This document shows positions 50,329-57,285 of a DNA stretch of 64,000 nt, piece after piece (position 1 is the stretch's first letter; each line of letters starts with the position of its first letter). The notes under the pieces are model-generated. The model was not told the DNA's origin. It did no database searches and saw nothing but the letters and a program-made list of their open reading frames with translations. The DNA comes from Candidatus Oxydemutator sp. (GTDB taxonomy: Bacteria; Pseudomonadota; Gammaproteobacteria; Poriferisulfidales; Oxydemutatoraceae): contig OZ241883.1 of assembly GCA_965203445.1 (NCBI GenBank), forward strand, positions 192,001 to 256,000. Reading direction: 5' to 3'. Made by a program: the position numbers and the translations under genes.

Positions 50329-50519
50329 ACGCGCAAGATGATGCAGGAAAGAGACACGTATTTGGGCGCAGTATACCCCTTTCCGGCCCTATACAGGGAA
50401 CGTCATTTCGTCGGAAAAAGTCGTTCGTCGGCCATATGCTACCGTTGGTCCGATGATTCATGCTATGCTCCGGGAGGCGCGTTACAACGCCCCTCTTTCA
50501 ACCGGAAGGAGGAGCGGAA

Positions 50520-51041
50520 ATGCCCCACACAACAAGCGTGATAGACAGTGTCCATACCCTGGAGCGCACCGACATGAGCCGGAAGCAGGCCGAGGCCCTG
50601 ATACAACTGCTGCGCGATTCGATTGCCGAGGCCGTCCAGCATCTGGCGACCAAGGCCGAAGTCGAAGCGCAACTCCTGGCGATCAGGGCCGAATTCGACG
50701 CGCAATTTCTGGCGATCAAGGCCGAATTGGCCGAGCTCAGGCAGCACATGGCGACCCATATGGCGACCAAGGCCGAACTGGCCGCACTGGAGGCACAGGT
50801 CATGGAAATCAAGGCCGAGTTGGTCGAACTCAGGCAGAATATGGTGACCAGGTCCGAACTGGCCGCACTGGAGGCGCGGGTCATGGCCCATACCGACGCG
50901 CAGATAGCGCTTCTCAGAGGTGAGATCAACGAGAAGATGGCCACGAACCTGAAATATACAGTGCTTACCATAGGCTTTTCGACGGTCGCCATTATCGTGG
51001 CCATTTTCACGGCGCTTTTTGCCATGCCCACCGGCATCTGA
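50520..51041 (+). CDS. DUF1640/CCDC90-like coiled-coil protein with C-terminal TM
   Basis: MSRKQAEALI, repeated (L/M)ATKAE, C-terminal hydrophobic helix; GGAGG RBS. Confidence 0.75.
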   Translation: MPHTTSVIDSVHTLERTDMSRKQAEALIQLLRDSIAEAVQHLATKAEVEAQLLAIRAEFDAQFLAIKAELAELRQHMATHMATKAELAALEAQVMEIKAELVELRQNMVTRSELAALEARVMAHTDAQIALLRGEINEKMATNLKYTVLTIGFSTVAIIVAIFTALFAMPTGI

Positions 51042-51047
51042 AGACAA

Positions 51048-51215
51048 AGGATAGCCGCAGCCCACAAACCCTCCCTCTCCGGGAGAGGATAGCCGCAGCC
51101 CACAAACCAAACCCTCTCCCCCTAGGAGAGGGTGGCCAAGGAAGACTGGCCGAAGGCCGGGTGAGGGTGCCAGGTTCTGCAACAACCTTCAACAACCCTC
51201 TCCCAGAGGGAGAAG
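51048..51215. repeat. REP-like direct-repeat and palindrome cluster
   Basis: AGGATAGCCGCAGCCCACAAACC twice; CCCTCTCC..GGAGAGG(G) hairpins; GGGTGAGGG tail. Confidence 0.7.
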
Positions 51216-51549
51216 TCCTTGGTCGGGAACGCCGTGGGGGCATTCCCTTACTGATGTATAAGGCCGGCAAGGTCAACGGGGCGCCCCGCCGCCCCGGGGC
51301 GTGCCCCGCCCAGGCGCGCTGGGACCCCCGTCACCAGGCCAGATCTGAGAAAACCGCCCCCATACTGCCGCCTGCGCCGGCAATAATAGCGACGACGGCC
51401 ACAAACACCTTCGTCCGCCCAGTCCGGCGATCATGGACGCGAACCAGAGTACAGCGACGAATCCCCGAAAGCCGCTCAGCACGGGGGGGGGGCGATGGAG
51501 ACCGGGGGGTCGGTTATAATTTGGGACTCCCGCCCCACCCCGAAAATTG

Positions 51550-52506
51550 ATGTCGGTATATACCAATATCTCCGGCGCCGAACTGGAGCGTTTCCTCGAA
51601 CGCTATCGGTGCGGCGCGCTGGTCTCGTTCGAGGGCATAGGCGAAGGCATTGAGAACACGAATTATTTCGTGGAGGCCCGGTGCGGCTCCTACGTGCTGA
51701 CGTTATTCGAGTGGCTCGCGTACGACGAGCTGCCCTACTTTCTCGAACTGATGGCGCACGTCGCCGACGCCGGCCTGCCGTGCCCGCATCCGGTGGCCGA
51801 CGCGCGCGGCGAGTATCTGCAACGGCTGAAGAACAAGCCGGCGGCGCTGATCACGCGCCTGCGCGGGCGCACGGTCGCCGCCGCCGGCACCGCGCACTGC
51901 GAGCAGGTGGGCGGCGCGCTGGCGCGCCTGCACGCGGCGGCGCGCACCTTCCGCCGGCGGCGCCCCGACGGCCGGGACCTGGACTGGTTCCACGAACAGC
52001 AGCGGCGGCTCGCGCCGGTTCTGGACGCCGACGACCGGGCGTTGCTGCACTCGGAGATCGAGCACCAGGCGCGCGCGGCGCGCGCGTGGCCGACGCTGCC
52101 GGGCGGCACGATCCACGCCGATCTGTTCCGCGACAACGTGCTGTTCGACGGCGCCCGCCTGAGCGGGCTGATTGACTTTTATTACGCGTGCGAGGGGCAC
52201 CTGCTGTACGACGTCGCGGTCGCCGTCAACGACTGGTGCCGGCGCGACGACGGCGGTGTTTCGCGCGGACGCTACGCGGCGCTGATCCGGGGCTACCACG
52301 AACGCCGCGCGCTGACGCCGGCCGAGGCGCGCGCGTGGCCCGACGTGCTGCGCCGCGCCGCGCTGCGCTTCTGGCTGTCGCGGCTGCGCGACCGCGCGCA
52401 GCCGCGCGCCGGCGCGATCACCCACGTCAAGAACCCCGACGTGTTCAAGAGCATCCTGCTCGACTGCCGCGCCGGGGCGCCGCCGCTGGCGACGACGCGA
52501 GGATGA
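51550..52506 (+). CDS. thrB: homoserine kinase type II
   Basis: MSVYT, GIENTNYF, VLTLFE, IHADLFRDNVLF, IDFYYAC, AALRFWLSRL. Confidence 0.94.
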   Translation: MSVYTNISGAELERFLERYRCGALVSFEGIGEGIENTNYFVEARCGSYVLTLFEWLAYDELPYFLELMAHVADAGLPCPHPVADARGEYLQRLKNKPAALITRLRGRTVAAAGTAHCEQVGGALARLHAAARTFRRRRPDGRDLDWFHEQQRRLAPVLDADDRALLHSEIEHQARAARAWPTLPGGTIHADLFRDNVLFDGARLSGLIDFYYACEGHLLYDVAVAVNDWCRRDDGGVSRGRYAALIRGYHERRALTPAEARAWPDVLRRAALRFWLSRLRDRAQPRAGAITHVKNPDVFKSILLDCRAGAPPLATTRG

Positions 52507-52967
52507 ACGTGCGCATCGGTCGCGCCGTGGCGTGGCTGGTTCCGGTCATGGCCGCGGTCGCGTTCGCGGTCGTCGTGCTGCGCTACGGTTTTCAATACGG
52601 GCGCGTGGATTTGCAGGAGAGCATCACCTATCTGCACGCCGCCGTGATCGCGCTGTGCATGGGCTACACGCTGGCGCGCGACGCGCACGTGCGCGTCGAC
52701 GTTCTCTACAACCGGATGACGCCGCGCGCGCGCCTTGTAGTCAACGTTGCGGGCGACGCGCTGCTGCTGCTGCCGACCGCGGCCGCGATTCTCTACCATA
52801 GCTGGGACTACGTGATAATCTCGTGGAAGGTGCTCGAGAGATCGCCGGAAATATCCGGGCTGCCGGGCGTGTTTTTGCTGAAGACGCTGATCCCGCTGAT
52901 GGCGGCGGCGTTGGTCGCGCAGGCGCTCGCGCGCATCCGGAGCGGATGGCGCGAGCTGCGTCGGTAG
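52503..52967 (+). CDS. TRAP transporter small permease (DctQ family)
   Basis: VVVLRYGF, YTLARDAHVRVDVLY; four TM segments. Confidence 0.88.
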   Translation: MNVRIGRAVAWLVPVMAAVAFAVVVLRYGFQYGRVDLQESITYLHAAVIALCMGYTLARDAHVRVDVLYNRMTPRARLVVNVAGDALLLLPTAAAILYHSWDYVIISWKVLERSPEISGLPGVFLLKTLIPLMAAALVAQALARIRSGWRELRR

Positions 52968-52971
52968 GGCG

Positions 52972-54354
52972 ATGGCGCTGCTGCTGTTTGCGGCGGTGAT
53001 CATCGCCGTCATGGCCGGCTACCCGGTCGCGTTCACGCTGGCCGGCGTGGCCCTGGCGTTCGCGCTGCTCGGCACGCTGACGGGCGCGTTCGAACCGAGC
53101 CTGCTGCACGCGATCCCGAGCCGCATCTTCGGCATTCTCACCAACGAGACGCTGATCGCGGTGCCGGTGTTCGTGTTCATGGGCACGGTGCTGCAAAAAA
53201 GCCGCCTCGCCGACGATCTGCTGCTGGCCGGCGCCGACCTGATGAAACGCGCCGCCGGCGGACTCGGCGTGTCGGTGGTGCTCATCGGCGCCCTGCTGGC
53301 GGCTAGCACCGGCATCGTCGGCGCGACGGTGACGACGATGGGGCTGCTGTCGCTGCCGGCGATGCTCAAGCGCGGCTACCATCCGGCCGTCGCGTGCGGC
53401 ACCGTCTGCGCGGCCGGCACGTTGGGGCAGATCATCCCGCCTTCGATCGTGCTGGTGCTGTTGGGCGACGTCATCTCCTCGGCCTACCAGCAGGCGCAAC
53501 TGAAACAGGGCGTGTTCGCGCCCGATGCGGTATCGGTCGCCGACCTGTTCGCCGGCGCCGTCGTGCCCGGCGTGCTGTTGGTCGCGTTGTACTCGGCCTA
53601 CCTGCTGATAACCGCGCTGTGCAAACCCGAATGGATGCCGCCGCCGACGCGCGCGCCGCGCACGTCACAATGGGGCAAACGCGCGCGCGCCGAATGGGTG
53701 CGCCTTGCCAAGGCGCTGCTGCCGACGCTGGCGCTGATTTTCGTGGTGCTCGGTTCGATCCTGAGCGGCGCGGCGACGCCGACCGAGGCGGCCTCGGTCG
53801 GCGCCGCCGGCGCGCTGTCGCTGGCCGTCGCCAAGGGCGGCTTTTCGATGGGGCAACTGGCCGAGTCGGCGCGCGCGACCGCGAGGATCACGTGCATGGT
53901 GTTCATGATCCTGATCGGGGCGACGCTGTTCTCGCTGGTGTTTCGCGGCTTCGGCGGCGACGACGCCGTGCACGAGCTGCTGGGCGGCCTCGCCGGCGGC
54001 TTCGTGACGACGATGATCGTCGTCATGCTGCTGATGTTCGTGCTCGGCTTCGTGCTCGACTTCATCGAGATCACGTTCGTCGTCGTGCCGATAATCGGCC
54101 CGGTGCTGCTGGCGATGGGCGCCGACCCGGTGTGGCTGGGCGTCATGATCGCGGTCAACCTGCAAACGTCGTTCTTGACGCCGCCGTTCGGGTTTTCGCT
54201 GTTCTATCTGCGCGGGGTCGCGCCGCGCGCGCTACAGACGCGGCACATCTATAAGGGGGTGGCGCCGTTCATCGGCCTGCAACTGCTGGCGCTGCTGGCG
54301 CTCGCGCTGTGGCCGCAGGCGGCGACGTGGCTACCGTCGGTGCTGCTGCGCTGA
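52972..54354 (+). CDS. TRAP transporter large permease (DctM family)
   Basis: GTLGQIIPPS, ATPTEAA, NLQTSFLTPPFG. Confidence 0.93.
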   Translation: MALLLFAAVIIAVMAGYPVAFTLAGVALAFALLGTLTGAFEPSLLHAIPSRIFGILTNETLIAVPVFVFMGTVLQKSRLADDLLLAGADLMKRAAGGLGVSVVLIGALLAASTGIVGATVTTMGLLSLPAMLKRGYHPAVACGTVCAAGTLGQIIPPSIVLVLLGDVISSAYQQAQLKQGVFAPDAVSVADLFAGAVVPGVLLVALYSAYLLITALCKPEWMPPPTRAPRTSQWGKRARAEWVRLAKALLPTLALIFVVLGSILSGAATPTEAASVGAAGALSLAVAKGGFSMGQLAESARATARITCMVFMILIGATLFSLVFRGFGGDDAVHELLGGLAGGFVTTMIVVMLLMFVLGFVLDFIEITFVVVPIIGPVLLAMGADPVWLGVMIAVNLQTSFLTPPFGFSLFYLRGVAPRALQTRHIYKGVAPFIGLQLLALLALALWPQAATWLPSVLLR

Positions 54355-54452
54355 CGCGGCGACGCGCTTCCCGCGCGCGCACCGACCGAGAGCAGAGACC
54401 GGCACGGCGAGGACGTGGGCCAGCGCGCTTCCCGCGCGCGGACTGGCCCCGC

Positions 54453-55562
54453 TCATTGACGCCGGACGTCGAAATACGCCTCCTCCGAGATCCGGTTCCA
54501 GCCGCCGACGCCCGCCAGAAACTCGCGGTAGGAAGCATAGGTGCGCCGCGCCAGATCGTTGGCGCCCGCGACCTCCTCGACCACCTCGGCGGACAACTCG
54601 CGGAAACGCGCGAGCACGTCGGCGGGAAACGCGCGCAGGTGCACGCCGTGCTCGTCGCGCAGCACCCGCAACGCGCCGAAATTGCGCGCCGTGTAATCTG
54701 CCAGCATGTCCTGGTTGGCGGCCTCGCAGGCGCGGCGCACGACCGCGCGCAAGTCCGGCGGCAACTGGTCGAACGCGGCGCGGTTGACGAAGCACTCTAT
54801 CGTCGTGCCCGGCTCGTGCCATCCGGGGTAGTAGTAGTACCTGGCGACCTTGTGCAAGCCGAACGCCAGGTCGTTGTACGGGTTGGTCCATTCGGTCGCG
54901 TCTATGGCCCCGGTCTGCATGGCCGTGAACAACTCGCCGCCCGGCAGCGCCACGGCGACGCCGCCGGCGCGCTCCAACACTTTGCCGCCGAGACCCGGGA
55001 TGCGCATCTTGAGCCCCCTGAGGTCGGCGACGCCGTTGATCTCGCGGTTGAACCACCCGCCCATCTGCATGCCCGAATTGCCGGCCGGCAACGGCATCAG
55101 ACCGAACGGCGCGTACGCCTCCCGCCACAGTTCGAGGCCGCCGCCCTTGTAGAGCCACGCGTTCATCTCCAGCGCGTTCATGCCGAAAGGCACGGTCGAG
55201 AAGAAATTGAACGCCGGGTCTTTCCCCTGCCAGTAATAGGCGCTGGCGTGCCCCATCTGCGCGACGCCGCCACGCACCGCGTCGAACGCCTCGAACGCCG
55301 GCACCAGTTCGCCGGCGCCATAGACCTTGACTTCCATCCTGCCGCCCGAGGTGCGCGAGATCAGCCGCGCCAGGTGCTCGGCGCCGGTGCCGAGACCGGG
55401 AAAATTCTTCGGCCACGCCGTGACCATCTTCCAACGGACGGTCTCGGGCGCGGGCGCGACCACGGCCGTGTCTGGTTGCCGCTGCTCGCGCTCGCAGCCG
55501 GCAAGCGGCGCGCCGAGCAACGCGCCGGCGGCGGCGCGGTGAAGGAATTGTCGTCGTTTCAC
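54453..55562 (-). CDS. TRAP substrate-binding protein (DctP/TakP family) with Tat-like signal
   Basis: MKRRQFL, WKMVTAWP, QMGGWF, KMRIPGLG, YYYPGWHEPG. Confidence 0.92.
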   Translation of the reverse strand: MKRRQFLHRAAAGALLGAPLAGCEREQRQPDTAVVAPAPETVRWKMVTAWPKNFPGLGTGAEHLARLISRTSGGRMEVKVYGAGELVPAFEAFDAVRGGVAQMGHASAYYWQGKDPAFNFFSTVPFGMNALEMNAWLYKGGGLELWREAYAPFGLMPLPAGNSGMQMGGWFNREINGVADLRGLKMRIPGLGGKVLERAGGVAVALPGGELFTAMQTGAIDATEWTNPYNDLAFGLHKVARYYYYPGWHEPGTTIECFVNRAAFDQLPPDLRAVVRRACEAANQDMLADYTARNFGALRVLRDEHGVHLRAFPADVLARFRELSAEVVEEVAGANDLARRTYASYREFLAGVGGWNRISEEAYFDVRRQ

Positions 55563-55601
55563 GGGGTGCTCCTATGGGGAGAAACTACCGGTGATTATAT
55601 A

Positions 55602-56387
55602 GGGAATTATGTATCAAAATCTACAGAATGATTGTGAAGTAATTGAATTCGCATAGGAATATGACATGATGTCTGGTGATGAAAGTTCATAGGACAATTC
55701 GATAATGTATCGTATGCCGAATACGGCAAGGCATGAGCGGCGCGTCAAGCATTATCAGAGGATGATGGCGAGGCGTCAGGGGCCGAACCGCAAGAAGGGG
55801 ATCAAGGCGTCGAACCGATGGCTACGCGCACGGTTGCTTCACCAAAGAGCGCAGGCCACGTTGCGCCATGCCAGACGGAATTGGTGTCATGGCGTATCGA
55901 GGGAAGTGGCCGACGGGTATTCTCTGGTTCATTTGGAGAAGTGGAACAATCGGGGCATGACAAGAAGCGCCCAGGGCACGAAGGAAAATCCTGGAACGAA
56001 AGTCCGTGCGAAGGCCGGACTGAACCGAGCGATCCTGGCGTCATGCTGGGGCAAGTTTCACCAGTGTCTGGATTATAAGACGAATACGAACTACGTAGAT
56101 CCTGCATATACGAGTCAGACGTGCAACAAGTGCAGGCACGTGGACAAAAAGAATCGGAAGACGCAGTCGGTATTTATTTGTACCGATTGCGGTTATCGGG
56201 ATAATGCGGATGCGAATGCCGCATTGAACATATTGGCCTCCGGGAATGGGGCTGCTGGGCGTGATAAAACCAGAGGGGAGACTCATCCGGTGGAACGTCA
56301 AACGGGTATCAACAACCTACAGAATCTGGAGCACGACCGGCACAACGGTTCCCGCGCCAAGTCTGTAGATTTTGATACATAATTCCC
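55602..56387. mobile_element. non-autonomous TIR element (IS1595-like ends) carrying truncated tnpB
   Basis: Perfect inverted repeat GGGAATTATGTATCAAAATCTACAGA at 55602-55627 and 56362-56387 (30 bp with flanking TATA); lower GC than neighbours; no transposase. Confidence 0.85.
55679..56382 (+). pseudogene. tnpB: TnpB-family RNA-guided nuclease, internally deleted
   Basis: ORF 55705-56382: ASNRW, RuvC-II LE, AKAGLNRAIL..CWGKF, VDPAYTSQTC..C, CxxCG...NADANAALNI; RuvC-I and REC absent; stub MKVHRTIR* at 55679. Confidence 0.85.
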
Positions 56388-56565
56388 TATAATAAGCTCC
56401 ATGCGTCCCGTCGGACACACGACCTGAGAAAGAGTCAATGACCATCGAGCCACCGTCGCTTTCGTCATTCGTCGGCCAAATGCTACCTTTGGTCGGCGCG
56501 CGGGCCATGCCTGATCGAAGCGCACGTATAACCCGGTTTTCTGCAACGATTAACCGGAGAATACA

Positions 56566-57270
56566 ATGACGGAAAAACACAACGAAGCAGTGCGGGAAGC
56601 CTTGCCGCAAGAGATCGAATGGGGGGCACCCATTACGCGAGGCGAGCACAAACGGAGCTCGGACGAACTTGAAAAGAAGTTCGTCGGGCTGCATGGCGAG
56701 CTCAGGGGAGACATAAAGGACCTGCGCGTCGAACTCATCGCGAGCATCGCCAGACTCGACAAAGACATCGTCAACTTGCGCGCCGAACTCAAACAGGACA
56801 GCGCCAACTTGCGCGCCAAACTCAAAGAGGAATTCGGCGAGCAACACGCCAAACTCAAAGAGGATTCCGATAAGCGATACGCCGAACTCATGGCGCACAT
56901 CGCCAGACTCGACAAGGACATAGTCCGCTTGCGCGCCGAACTCATAGAGGAAATCGGCAAGCAACTCGCCAAACTCAAAGAGGATTCCGATAAGCGATAC
57001 GCCGAACTCAAAGAGGATTCCGATAAGCGATACGCCGAACTCAAAGAGGATTCCGATAAGCGATACGCCGAACTCATGGCGCACATCGCCAGACTCGACA
57101 AGGACATCGTCCACTTGCGCGCCGAACTCATGGAGGAAATCGGCAAGCGCCACGACGAACTCAAAGACTATATCGCCAAATCCCAAATCAGGATGCTTCT
57201 GGCCACCACCGCTATCTTTGCCGGCGTAGCCGGCAGCATGTTGGCCAGTATATTGGCCATAGTTCGCTGA
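56566..57270 (+). CDS. repeat-rich coiled-coil protein with C-terminal TM anchor
   Basis: PITRGE, repeats AELKEDSDKRY and IARLDKDIVxLRAEL, C-terminal hydrophobic helix; GGAGA RBS. Confidence 0.75.
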   Translation: MTEKHNEAVREALPQEIEWGAPITRGEHKRSSDELEKKFVGLHGELRGDIKDLRVELIASIARLDKDIVNLRAELKQDSANLRAKLKEEFGEQHAKLKEDSDKRYAELMAHIARLDKDIVRLRAELIEEIGKQLAKLKEDSDKRYAELKEDSDKRYAELKEDSDKRYAELMAHIARLDKDIVHLRAELMEEIGKRHDELKDYIAKSQIRMLLATTAIFAGVAGSMLASILAIVR

Positions 57271-57285
57271 CGGATAGGCGTCCGC

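Noticed and set aside
51215-51340. SRP, 6S or other ncRNA upstream of thrB
   Set aside because: GC-rich stems are possible, but I found no diagnostic motif such as the SRP GGAAGGAAGCAGC loop.
56317-57186. Minus-strand repetitive hydrophobic ORF (289 aa)
   Set aside because: Antisense of the coiled-coil gene, which has the RBS and a plausible architecture.
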